DNA of 64,000 nucleotides. Source: Antechinus flavipes. Lineage: Eukaryota. Of the stretch, positions 10,672-21,659 are shown piece after piece. The position numbers were made by a program, and so were the translations under genes. Each line of letters begins with the position of its first letter. Position 1 is the stretch's first letter. Under the pieces are notes generated by a model that was given only the letters and a program-made list of their open reading frames with translations, did no database searches and had not been told where the DNA came from. The stretch is from NCBI RefSeq assembly GCF_016432865.1, contig NC_067403.1:241490001-241554000 (forward strand). Reading direction: 5' to 3'.

Positions 10672-11692
10672 GTTAGACCAAGGGACGGGCAGCAGGATGG
10701 CAGGGCCATCCCAGGGGGCGGGGGCCGGGGGCGGGGAGCTGGGGGCGGCTGGATGGGATGAAGTTGCTCAGACTTCCCTCCTCACTGCCCCTGTCCCAGA
10801 CTCCAGACAATCCTGGACTACAAAGGGAGGACCCTGCAAGTCTCTGGCTCCAGGCCGGAGAGGTCGCCCTCAGCCTCAGAGGCCAGAAGGCCTCTGCTCA
10901 GCCCGACAGCTTTCCCTCTGAGGCCCTGAGCCAGGAAGTAATGACCCAAAGGACTGCCCGTTGCCTTTGCCTGGAGCCAGAGCTTTCAGGCCCTCCTGCC
11001 AGTAGGGTACCAAGGGAGTCTGGGGCAACGCCCTCCCCTGTCAGGGGCATGAGATGGCTCTCTTCCCTGTCCTGGGACTCGCCACATCCTCCCCACCAGA
11101 AAGGATCCTCTGCCCCAGTAAAGCCTGGAAAACTGATTCTTGTGGAAAAAGGCCCTGCGGGCGCCCGACAGGCTCCAGGCCGGGGTGGATTGTGGGCTAG
11201 CCTAAGCTATGGGACAGTCCCTCCCAGAGGCAAGGCCCGGGACTGGGCATGTTATGGGAAGGAGGACTGGGCTAGGACTGAGCTGCCAGAAACAGGAGCT
11301 TGGAGTGGGGGCCGGGAGGCAGCCAGTGCAGACGCTCCATGTTTGTATCAGGCTCTTTCCCGTGAGCAAGGGTGGAAACGGTGGATTTATTTGGAGGTCA
11401 AAGACCGGGTTCAGAATTCCAATTCTGCCACTTATCATCCGAGGGACCCCGGCAAGTCACCTGCACTCTGCTTCTCAATTTTCTGTAGCAAGAGGGGATA
11501 GGACTCCACAATCTCTGCTCCCTTCCTGGTCCAGATTCCCGATCCTGTGGTCTTTCGGGGCCCTGAAGCAGGGCAGCTAGTGGGCCAGGATGTCGGAGAG
11601 ACACCCGGCTTGTTCTACAGACAGATGCTTAGAGTGAGGGCCGAGGCTAGGGAAAGGGCCAGGAGGCCCTGAAACCTGTGTCTGGTTCTCAG

Positions 11693-11763
11693 GAGGGCCT
11701 ATGGACAGTGCTGATGTGGGCGGTGTTCCCCTGGAGCCCGAGCAGCCGGACCTGATGTTTGAG
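11693..11763 (+). CDS. FAM180B: FAM180B exon 2
   Basis: ggttctcag| and GAG|gtcact; GPMDSADVGGVPLEPEQPDLMFE resembles the FAM180B PMDS...PE.MFE segment. Confidence 0.85.
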
Positions 11764-12135
11764 GTCACTGACCAAGGCCAGGACTTGCTGCCTGGGGATG
11801 GCGTGGGTTCAGGAAGGAGCTTAATTAAGGCCCAACATGGGTGGGGAGAATCCCAGGGGGTCCCTAAGTCCTGGGAGACCTCACCTGCCCTGGGGGTCCC
11901 TGAGCCCTGGGAGAGCCTTGCCCTGCCCAGGGCTCCAGCATAATTCAACCTTCTGTCCCGAGGTCCTCTCCCAGCTGACCTGTAACTCCTCCTTGTCAAA
12001 GCCCTGCCTGCCCTGTTTCCCAAGACCTGCTCGGACCCCGTTTCAGTCCTGGCACTAGGGCCCCGTTTGCCCCTGACTAGTGCGTCTCCTTGACTTCTCC
12101 CACCGTCCTCCCCTGAAATCCCACTTTCTCTTTAG

Positions 12136-12537
12136 TTCCTGTGGTCAGGTTTGGAGCTGGACGCCCTGGGACAGCTCCACCTCCAGGACGAGGAGCTGGC
12201 ATCGACGCGCCCCGGCCGCCGGCTCGGCCTCTCCCTCCAGCATTGGGTCCCCAGCACCCTGGCGGGCACCGAGCAGCAGCTGAGGCACTGGCGCCGGGCC
12301 GCTCCCCTGAGCCCCGCAGACTTCCAGCGGCTGCTGCTCGCCGGCGTGTCCTGTGTCTATCGCCTCCAGGCCGCTGGCGAGGGTGAAGAGAGGGCTCACT
12401 GGGCCCAGCTCTTCTCTCTTGTGGCCCAGGAAGTGCTCCAGGACCTGTGCAAGGACCACTGCCCCCGGGGCCAGACCCCCTTGCTGAGTCCTTGGGCCTT
12501 CCCCGGTGACCCACCCCAACATCGCTCCAGCCCCTGA
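12136..12537 (+). CDS. FAM180B: FAM180B exon 3 (last); joined CDS 186 aa
   Basis: ctttctctttag|; FLWSGLELDALGQLHLQDEELASTRPGRRL...SCVYRL...WAQLFSLVAQEVLQDLCK...*. Confidence 0.92.
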   Translation, partial: FLWSGLELDALGQLHLQDEELASTRPGRRLGLSLQHWVPSTLAGTEQQLRHWRRAAPLSPADFQRLLLAGVSCVYRLQAAGEGEERAHWAQLFSLVAQEVLQDLCKDHCPRGQTPLLSPWAFPGDPPQHRSSP

Positions 12538-12851
12538 GCCCTGGCGTGGGACACTGAGCATCCCCTGCTTCTTTCCAGCTCACTCCCCCAGCTCCACCTG
12601 CGGGGGCTCAGCTTCTTCCTGTGCTCTTGCCCCTTTCTCAGACCCGTAGTCCTGGGGAGCACAGAGGGAGTCACTGGGCCACTCGGGGCCTCGGCCTCCT
12701 CACCTGTAAAGTGAGAATTCTAATGTGCCTTTCAACTCTAAATCCTGCTGTGTGTGTAAATATGGATCCATATAGACATATACGTGTGTGTATATATAAA
12801 ATCACATAATCATGTCCATATCGTATGCATGTATAGGTCCGTGTGCACATG

Positions 12852-12854
<3 letters not shown>

Positions 12855-12895
<41 letters not shown>
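12855..12895 (+). repeat. (AC)20 microsatellite
   Basis: Perfect dinucleotide run downstream of the FAM180B stop. Confidence 0.98.
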
Positions 12896-12897
<2 letters not shown>

Positions 12898-13149
12898 TTC
12901 TATGGATGGAGGGATCAGAGAAATGAAAGGAGCAGCCCTTCCCAAGAGCCCTTACAGAGAGATCAGGAAACATGGTGAACCCGCCTAGAGGGGGACATTA
13001 GGAATTTCGGAGGGACCCGGCCTACTGGCAGAGCGAGGGATAGAAAAAGAAAACTTTTCCCAGCCCTCAACTTGACCTTGACTTTCAGTTCTACAGGTCG
13101 GCCATAAGCCCAACTCCCAATCCCGTAACTTACTGAAAAAATGTTCAGC

Positions 13150-13155
13150 AATAAA
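13150..13155 (+). terminator. Candidate poly(A) signal, FAM180B
   Basis: AATAAA about 610 nt after the stop; no transcript evidence. Confidence 0.35.
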
Positions 13156-14332
13156 ATGAAGTGAAGAAGGTTTGGAGCAAGGAGCCAGGAAGCTGCTGCC
13201 TGTACCCGGGAACAATGAGGAGGGACAATGCTCAGGCTATCCCTGCCATCTTAACCGGAGACCAGCCCACCCTCGTGGGAGAGCCAAGTGCCCGGAATAA
13301 CAGGTCAAGGCAATCTCTTCTTGTGGCTCAACTGATTATTGCAAAGTTCTGGGTTAACTCACAGAGGTCAGATGGGGCTTTCCCATTGCTAAGGAGGCAG
13401 GAACTGAGCTGTAATGGCGGTGGGGGAGGAAGGGGCTGGACTGATGTTCCTTCCAAGAATCTCAAGTGGAACACAAGCATTGGGAGGAGCAGAAAATGGA
13501 CCACTGGGCTCTCCCAGCCTGCCCCCCAGACTCCCCGCGGCCTAGGCTCCAGAGCAACCCTGACCGTCTGTGCCAATCTTGCCCTAAAACACTGCCCATC
13601 TGCTCTGCGGTGACAGTCTGCCGGGCCAAGGGTCACGTCCTTTCCTCCCAGGGCCGGTTCATCCACGTGGGAACAAGCCAGACATAGGGAAGCTCACCTC
13701 CTCCCTGGCCCTGACAAGGAATTAGGGTGGGCCCGGGGTTGGATGGTGGGTTCCTGAGGGGTCCTAACACGGAAGGAGGGAGGGGCCGGCGCTTGCATGA
13801 GGATAGCTAAGGAGATTCACCAAGGAGAGTCCATGAGCCCCAAGGCGGGGAGAGAAGGTCTGGAGGGGAGTCGGGTGACAGGATCCTGCCTCGGGTGAGG
13901 GCATGGGGAAGTCGAGGCAGACGGGAAGGGAAGGTGGGCGGGGGCGAAGGAGGCCCCACCAGCATCTGTACTGCCTTTTCTTCCCTCAGGGACTGCCCAC
14001 TCCAGCCCTCCGCCTCCAGAACCAGCGTTCTCCCCTCCCTAGTCCCTCCCCCTCCCCAAAGAGCACCTCTTTCTCTCTCCCAGGCCCCGGCTGTATATAC
14101 CAGAGCAGAGTCTGGTTTTTTCATGCTCTGTCTAGCACCACTCCCAGCGCTTAATAAATGCTTATTGACGAATGATTTTCCCGGACCACGGTGTTGCCTT
14201 CTTCCCCTCTCCCTCCTCCCTCCCTCTCTCCTTCTCTCCCTCCCATCCCTCCCTTCCCCCCCCTCCCCCCCCCGGCTTGGGGCGGAACCCGAGAGAGTTC
14301 TGGCTCGGCTCTTGGACTCCTCGGAGCCCCGC

Positions 14333-14338
14333 TTTATT
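14333..14338 (-). terminator. Poly(A) signal, C1QTNF4
   Basis: AATAAA on - about 190 nt after the stop. Confidence 0.65.
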
Positions 14339-14527
14339 GGCCCAGACCCCGTCCAGTCGGTTCCTGCAGCACCTGCGGCCTTCACGCTCGCCCCGAAGGC
14401 GGACGGAGCAGTTGGGCCCCACCCCCACCCCGACCCTAAAGCCAGACCCGGCCGTCCGCGGCATGCACCCCTCCCCCTCCCGTCCCCCGCTGCGTCCGCC
14501 GTGCCCACGGGCCCCCGGGAGGCCGGC

Positions 14528-15514
14528 TCAGGGGCCCGCCGCGCCGTCGGGGTAGACCAGGAAGCCGGTGAAGGTGATGTACTTGCCGTGGTTGCTGTAG
14601 GCCCCGTAGCCCTCGTGCTGGTGACTCTGGAGCCAGACCGTGTCCCCCGGCTTCAGGGCCAGCATCACGCTCTGGCTCTGCATTTCGCGCCTCCGCGAGG
14701 GGCTGTCATCGTAAATCATGGCCTGGACCTCGTCGCGGTTCTTCATCAGCTTCACCGACAGCATCTTATGGGGCATCTTGCCGATGGTGAAGGAGAAGTA
14801 GTAGGCCCCGGGCAGGCGGCAGCGGAAGAGCCCGGCCGCGGCGTCGAAGTCCCCTCCGATGTTGACGAACTCCGTGTCGAAGGTCAGCGGCCGGTGGCGG
14901 ACGGCCGGCGCTTCGTCGATGCCCACCAGGCTCTCGGAGCGCGCGGCCGAGAAGGCGGAGCGGGGGTCGGGCTCGGCGGCCCCGGGGAGCTGGCCCGCCG
15001 GGCCCTGCCGGCTGTGGAAGTAGGAGGAGGTGTCCGGGTAGATGAGGTAGCCGCTGAAGGTGGTGCAGGGCCCCGCCGCCGAGCCGTAGAGGGCGTACTG
15101 GGGGTCCCCGTGGAGACGCAGCCAGACCGTGTCCCCGTAGTCCAGCTGCAGCATGGCGCTCTGGCTGGCCGCCTTGCGCTCCGGCCGCTGCTGCTCGTCG
15201 AAGGCCAGGGCTTGCACCTCATTCCTGTTCCTCACCAGCATCACCGAGAGGCTCTTCTGGGGGTACTTGCCCACGGTGAAGGAGAAGTAGTAGGCCCCTG
15301 GAACTCGGCAGCGGAACGTGCCCGTGGCGGGGTCGAAGTCGCCTCCGATGTTAACGTAGACCTTGTCGAAGGTCACTGCCATCTCCGTCGTGCCCTCCAG
15401 GCTGCTGGTCCGGGCCACGGAGAAGGCCGAGCGCAGCTCGGAACCCGAACCCAGTGCCCAGCAGGCCACAGGGCCGAGCAGGCTCAGCAGAAACCCGGCG
15501 GGCAGCAGCGCCAT
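14528..15514 (-). CDS. C1QTNF4: C1QTNF4 (CTRP4), secreted protein with two tandem C1q domains, 328 aa, single coding exon
   Basis: Acceptor ttgcag|gggccATGG (exon starts 15519). Signal peptide [22 protein letters not shown], then two C1q domains each with SAFS.AR and F....[25 protein letters not shown]. The ORF-track start at 15571 is intronic. Confidence 0.96.
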   Translation of the reverse strand: MALLPAGFLLSLLGPVACWALGSGSELRSAFSVARTSSLEGTTEMAVTFDKVYVNIGGDFDPATGTFRCRVPGAYYFSFTVGKYPQKSLSVMLVRNRNEVQALAFDEQQRPERKAASQSAMLQLDYGDTVWLRLHGDPQYALYGSAAGPCTTFSGYLIYPDTSSYFHSRQGPAGQLPGAAEPDPRSAFSAARSESLVGIDEAPAVRHRPLTFDTEFVNIGGDFDAAAGLFRCRLPGAYYFSFTIGKMPHKMLSVKLMKNRDEVQAMIYDDSPSRRREMQSQSVMLALKPGDTVWLQSHQHEGYGAYSNHGKYITFTGFLVYPDGAAGP

Positions 15515-17949
15515 GGCCCCTGCAAGGGAAGGGAGGGAGGGGGCCCATTGAAGGCAAGCCCAGCTCCCCACGCAGATCCTTCGGGAAGGTCTGGCCAGCT
15601 TGGCTTCCAGGGAAAGGCAGCATGGCCCTCCATTCTGGGCCAGCCGTGGGGCTAGTGACTGGGGGAGGGAGTGCTAGGAGGGGCTGCAGAGAGGGGGGGA
15701 AAAACTAGACTTGTAATAGGTGGGAGGAGATCTAGAAGCAATCCTTCCCTGGGCTGGGGAACTCATCTGTAAAAGGAGCGCTTTCCACTAGATTACTTCT
15801 CGAGTCCCTTCCCACTCAGAGTCGGTGATGTCATCCCCTGTGAACAGGACTGGTGGGTAATAAGACTATTCAGCCCACCTACACCCCAATCCTGGCTCAC
15901 ATGTACTTAGTGCCTTATTGGCAGTCCAGGACCAGTTCTCAATTTAAAAACCGTCATCCACTCTAAAGTCTGAACTTGCTGAGACCCTGAGATACAAAGG
16001 CCCGAGAAGCCACTGCCCGGACAAAAGGAGCCATTTCTGCAATTTTTTCAAGGGAGGAGCCCCTCACATGGGACCAATTCGATTCACCTACTTCTAAAAT
16101 CAGCCCTGACTACAGACAGAAAATCCCAGAGGATCCCAGGGAACAGACATAATATAGCCACCTTAGATCCTTCTTGTTCTATATACACTCTGTATATACA
16201 TGTCTGTATACAGAGCAAGACATTCTGGGTAATGGACCATGGAACCTGGGAGGAAGGCTGGTGAGAACTACAAGAATCATGCTTTGGGGGTGAGAGTAGA
16301 CCATGTCTTTAATCACACTATGCAGGAAGTCACTGTGTAGAGGGTGCTCTAGGCTTTATTCTGGAACCTGGGGCTAGGGGCCAGCTCTGTGCTTGCCTGT
16401 AATCAGGCCCTTCTCTCTGGTTCCTAAGAAAGTTCAAAGGCCCAATAGGAATTGAGTGGGACCTGGGAATAGGCTACAGATGAGAATCTATCAGGAGCCC
16501 ATCAGGAAAGAGTCCCAAGCCCAGAACAGAGGGCAGCTGGTTCCCAGCTCTTACCTGTCCCCCCTAATCTCTGCTGCTCTGATCCCTGCCTCTGCCCCTG
16601 AGGAGCCTCGATACCTCTCCTCCCATCGCTCCTACCCTTCAGTCTCCATCACTTGCCTAAGCTGCTCATTCCTCCCCTTCCACAGCCCCCCCCCCCAGTT
16701 CCCTTCTTGGCTCATCCCAGACCCTTCCTCCCCCCTCCCTCCCCCATTGCTTACTCTGCTTCTGTTCAGTCCACCCCCAGATGAAGAGAAATGTTCACTT
16801 AGAAATTCCAGGGAAGATAGAGCTGGAGCAAATCCCAGAAGTTGTCAATTCAGACTCAGTTTCTCCTTTTGCACACTGGAGGGAAGACAGGTGGATCCGG
16901 CCTTTGTAAAAACAAAGAGACAGACAAAAATCTCCCAAACTCAAGTTTCACCCAAGGGAACAGGGAAACTGCTCAGCTCTGCCCAGCCCCTCCCCGTTCT
17001 ATTTTTAGAGGATTCTGAGTGGGTAGAACCTTACAGATCAGATAGTCCAGCTCTTCATTTTATAAATGTGGAAGTGGAAAGGAAGGGAAATGACCTGTCC
17101 AAGGTAACTCAACTGGCTAGTGGCAAAGCCAGGCCTAGAATAAGCAGGGACCCCCACGATCCATTTCATTCTCTTCTGTGTCTTAGCTTCTTCCTGATCT
17201 CTCTTTTCACCTCCCCCACGTCCCAGCCTCCCGTCACCCTCTTCCCTTGTCCATGGTGCAGCTGGCTGGAGACCCTCCTCCATCCTCCATGCTATGTGGC
17301 AGCTTCTGGAGGAGGGGATGGGAGGGGGTGTGTGGAGGGGGGGGCGATGTGGAGGGGGTGTCATCACTCTCCACCTGCCCTTGGCCCCTCCATCCGCCAG
17401 CATTTCCATCCCCAAATTCGGAGCCCAGCCCCTCCCGGGCCCAATGGGTGCCCTCCCCCAGCCCCCCACAGATGGGAGGCAGCACTGGCCAGGGACTTAA
17501 AGGCTGTTCCCCTCCCTCACCAGGTGGGGCCTTAAATCATAAAGGAGAGAAAACTGGGACAGGGACAGAGAGCAGCTCGCAGAGGCAACGGCAAGAAACG
17601 GCAAATGCAGCGAGCTCCAGCCCAGGGAGAAAGCCCCCGCCCCTTCCAAGTGTGGCCCCGGGCCCGCTCAGACCCCAGCCCCCCTCTCCGGCAGGAGTGC
17701 CCCCCGTGGTCTCCCCCCCGCGAGACCCGCCGCCTCCTGCTACCTATGTGTGCACCGCGGGGCCGAACCCCCTTAAATGCGCCCCCCGGCCCGGGAACAG
17801 CCCCCTCCAGGGCGGAGCCCCCCCAGGGAGAGGACCTCGGGGACCCTCCCGCCCCGCCACCTTCCACCCGCCAACAAGCCCTTGGTCCCCTCCGCGGTCC
17901 TGGAAAGGGCTTCTAAGGAGGAAGCCCCCCGGGCTCCGGCCGCGCTCAC

Positions 17950-18210
17950 CTGGCCGTGTCCGGGAGCTCCCGCGATCCCCCGATCGGAGCCGGGCTCCGG
18001 GCTGCGCACTGACAGCCGGGACAGCACCGAGGACAGCGCGAGCGGCGGAGCGCTGCGGTGGCTGGCGACTGCGGGCGGGCCAGCGGGGAGCCGGAGGGGC
18101 GGGGGCCGGAGGACACGGGGGGAGGGGGAGCGCGGGGGGCGCTCGGGGCTGGGGGGGCCGGGGACAGATGGAGGGAGGGAGGAGCGGGAGAGGAGGCGCA
18201 ACTGCAGGTG
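17950..18210 (-). other. C1QTNF4: Putative non-coding first exon and CpG-island promoter of C1QTNF4
   Basis: Consensus donor CAG|GTGAGC at 17950/17949 in a CpG-rich island (about 17600-18250), 2.4 kb upstream of the coding-exon acceptor; 5' end approximate. Confidence 0.6.
18020..18040 (+). promoter_or_regulatory. RE1/NRSE-like REST binding site
   Basis: GACAGCACCGAGGACAGCGCG versus consensus TTCAGCACCACGGACAGCGCC: 16/21, with the core CAGCACCnnGGACAG intact. Confidence 0.65.
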
Positions 18211-18266
18211 GGCGAGGAAGAGAAATGAAGGAGAGGGTGGAAAGGAAGAGGGAAAGGGGTTGTGGA

Positions 18267-18334
18267 GTGTGTGTGTGTGTGTGTGTGTGTGTGTCTGTGT
18301 CTGTGTCTGTATGTGTCCGTGTCTGTGTCTGTGT
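18267..18334 (+). repeat. (GT)n running into (CTGTGT)n, compound microsatellite
   Basis: Directly visible. Confidence 0.95.
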
Positions 18335-19699
18335 TCGGGCAACCAGCGGCTGTGCTCAATGTTTGTTGAATGAATAAAGCACCCCCTGCATCCTTGACAC
18401 AGCTCAGTCAGGACCTCTCTGGGCCTATCTGGGGGGACGCAGGACCCCTGCAGGGCTGCCATTGGCAGCTCTAGAAATGTCACTGTGTCACTTGCCAACA
18501 AAAAGGAGGAGGGTGGAAGTCATTGTCCGAAGGCATGCCCAAGGGGAGGGGAGGCGGGCTGGCCCTTTGGTGAGGGCAAGGACGACAAATACCCGCTGAG
18601 CTGCCCAGGGACCCAATGGTACCAGGAAGGAACGCCAGAGTCCCCGGGGCCTTCCATTCTTCTCAAAGGCATTGGGCGTGTGTGTGGGGACAAATGCCGA
18701 GAATCCTAGAGGGGCTGAGATCTGCAACAGGCAGAGAGAGGCTTCTGGCCTCCAGGGGAACTTCTAAGTCTCCAAGGATCAATGTGTAGACATTGGGAAA
18801 AGAAGGGGAGGAAACCAGAGAGACTTTCAAGCAGCTGGGGAGTCAGCTGGGAGGGTCTTGGTGGTTTCAGGAGACAAGGATTTAGGGGGACACTTTGGGT
18901 TATGCTTTCTTCCTTGAACTTGTGGGATCACCACAATCTCCCTCCAAAGAGCGATTTCCCATCCCACCCCATCCCAGAAACTTTCACTGACATTACCACA
19001 AGGAACACTGGGTTCTCTGAGGGAAGGCTGGGCCACTGGGACGTGAGCCCTCAGGCCGAAAAGGCTTCAGGTAGAGCGCCTGGGTGCTCTGAGGACCATT
19101 CTGCTTCAGGTGAGAACCTTCCTACCGGATGAGCACAGGACAGGCTATGGATTTTTCAGCCACCTCAGCTTTCTACTAAATCACAAAAGGGTTGCAATCT
19201 GCATTGGTGGACAGCATGCCCACACCAACCAAACTCAGACTGGAAGTACCGAAATCATAAGGAAATTGAAGATGGAGGGATGGAGTACCTTGCCAAAGGT
19301 CAAAGTGAGGTAAGGGGCTAAGCTAAAACTCTGTTCTTCTGGACAAGGGTGAGATCCATTGAAGGTTCAAGATGGGGGCAAAGAAGCTCTTCGGTGGAGA
19401 GGGGACAAGAAGGAGGGTAGCAGATCTGAGAGAATGGGAAAAGAAAGGTTGCCATGGTTTAATTCCCATAGCATTATCAATGTCTCTCACCAGCTCCTAA
19501 CCTTGGTATCATCCTCAACCCCTGGCTTGCCCTCAGGCCACGGATCCAACAGCATCTTTCCTCTCCATTCCTTTTTCTTCTCCCAGTGGTCACTCTGGTG
19601 CAGGCCTTCATCCCCTCACCTCCCAATTTTTTGCAATAGTTCTCTGCCTCAAGTCTCTCCCCCTCCGATCCATCTTCCGCATGGCCGCCAGGTCTAATC

Positions 19700-20175
19700 A
19701 TGTCATATCCCACCAACAACATCCCTGCTCCTTCATTCAAGAAGCTGTACTAGGTGCCTATTACCTCCCGACTCAAATAGAAAATCTTGGGCCCTTCACA
19801 ATCTGACCCCTTCCTCTCTTTCTCCTTCCTTCTCTAATCTAGCTATGATGTTCCTTGAATATAACATTTCATCTCCCTCCTGACTGTTCACTACCTGTCT
19901 CACTGGAACTCTTCCTTCCTTCCCTCCGCCTCCTAGCTTCACTGGCTCCAATCTCACTTTCTACGGTCTCCTCTCTCGCCCCACAATGCCTTGCCTCTGA
20001 CATGCTCTCTCACTCGTGTAACATAGATCCTTGAATATCCATTTTTTGCATGTTGTCTCCCCAAATTAGATGTGAGCTTCTTGAGGGCAGGGGGTGTATT
20101 TTCTTCCTAGCTTTTCTTTGTAGTCCCAGGGCTTAGAATAGTGTCTGGCCACATAGTTAAATGCTCATTTAATGT
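19700..20175 (+). mobile_element. L2 LINE 3' remnant
   Basis: Typical L2 tail: gtgagcttcttgagggcaggg...gtagtcccagggcttagaatagtgtctggccacatag...aaatgctc; boundaries approximate. Confidence 0.7.
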
Positions 20176-20414
20176 TTCTTCCTAACAGATCTGAAGAGGT
20201 GGTGACAGATTAAGATGGGGCAAAAGGGAAACTTCTTGGCCACATGAGGGGATCATTCTGGATTTCTCTGTAGGAGAGAGACAGAGACAGACAGACAGAG
20301 AAACAGATGGAGGCAGATACACACACAAAAAGAAAATGAGCAAACAAGAGAATGAGAGAGAGCAAGAGAAACGAGAGAGAATGAGAGAGAACAAAAGAGA
20401 AAAAACGAGAGAGA

Positions 20415-20570
20415 NNNNNNNNNNNNNNNNNNNNNNNNNNNNNNNNNNNNNNNNNNNNNNNNNNNNNNNNNNNNNNNNNNNNNNNNNNNNNNNNNNNNNN
20501 NNNNNNNNNNNNNNNNNNNNNNNNNNNNNNNNNNNNNNNNNNNNNNNNNNNNNNNNNNNNNNNNNNNNNN
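20415..20570. other. Assembly gap (156 N) next to a GA-rich simple repeat (about 20270-20414)
   Basis: Run of n characters. Confidence 1.
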
Positions 20571-21659
20571 GAATTAAGTAATAAGGCTATTTACAAATAT
20601 AAATGAGAAGAATTTTAGGGGAAAAGGTAAGTAGAAAAAAGAGAGAGACAGACCTAGCTATAGACAGTTGCTCTATAGAAGCTGGAGGTTCTATGAGTTA
20701 AGAAACAAATAACAAAAAGTTACACTTAGATAATCTCTGTTGGAAAGGATTTTAGAAATAATTGATTCCAACTTCTCATAGGCTCCCTGCAGGAATTCTC
20801 TCTATGGGATCTCTGAAAGGAGGAGGTGGTTTAGTTACTTAGGCTCTGCCCAATTAGCTTTTTTTGATGGAAGCTGGAGGAGATGGATGGTGGAGACAAG
20901 GTAGGGAGGGTCAGCACTCAGTGGAAAGGTTGGAGTCCCTCCAAACAGTATAATTAAATCCCAGCAGGATCCTGCCTTGGGGTTCTGAGCCATGTGGTCC
21001 TTTTTCTGCTCTATAACAATGAGTTTCTCCAGGGAAAGGAAATCAGGACAGAAGGGAATGGGTCAAGGGCAAGAGGATTTCCAGTTATGGAATATGTTGA
21101 GACCTTCTGGAGGGTGAAAGTGCCAGGTCAGGGGAGGGCAGTTAAAACCCAAGGGAAGAGTTCTTTTTTAAGAGAGTGGAGTGTGCCAAAACCAGAAGTT
21201 ATAGTGAAGAAATAATTTCTAGGAAGGATGAGACACTTATCAGACTTGTCAAAATCTACCTTGTCCTAAAAAGATGGAGCCTAATATAAGACCAATATAA
21301 TACTGACCTGGCTGACTATGGGTCAGGATCTGGACGAAGATTCCTTGTCAAGCACCGAAAAAGAATCAAGAATGATTCGAGTCTAATTCCTTATACCTTC
21401 TCACAGAAGACAACTGTAACTTCGTAATTTTTCTCTTTGTTATTTTGAAATCAAATAGGTAATACGGTAGAGAGGTAGGGTTGACCATAAGAAAGATCTG
21501 GGTTCAAGTGCTGTCTCTGTTGCTTATACTGTCTATAATTCTGAGCAAATCACTTAACCTCTCAATGTTCCCAGACAGCTAAGATTGCAAATTACAGGGG
21601 AGTTATATTCTGTACAAGCTACTTATATAACCTCAACTGGGACCTCCCTGCCGCGAGGC

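Noticed and set aside
14153-14158. AATAAA on + as a gene poly(A) signal
   Set aside because: Part of an L2-type tail (gcttaataaatgcttattgac)
13895-15655. 586-aa + strand ORF
   Set aside because: Exact antisense of C1QTNF4 plus GC-rich flanks; expected from the lack of stop codons in GC3-rich antisense frames
16456-18501. Long Pro/Gly/Arg-rich ORFs (359, 376, 242 and 198 aa)
   Set aside because: They cross a MIR fragment, C-rich low-complexity sequence, a CpG island and a microsatellite in C1QTNF4 intron 1 and its promoter; no recognisable domain
20336-20581. 81-aa ORF
   Set aside because: Artefact of a GA repeat and the N gap
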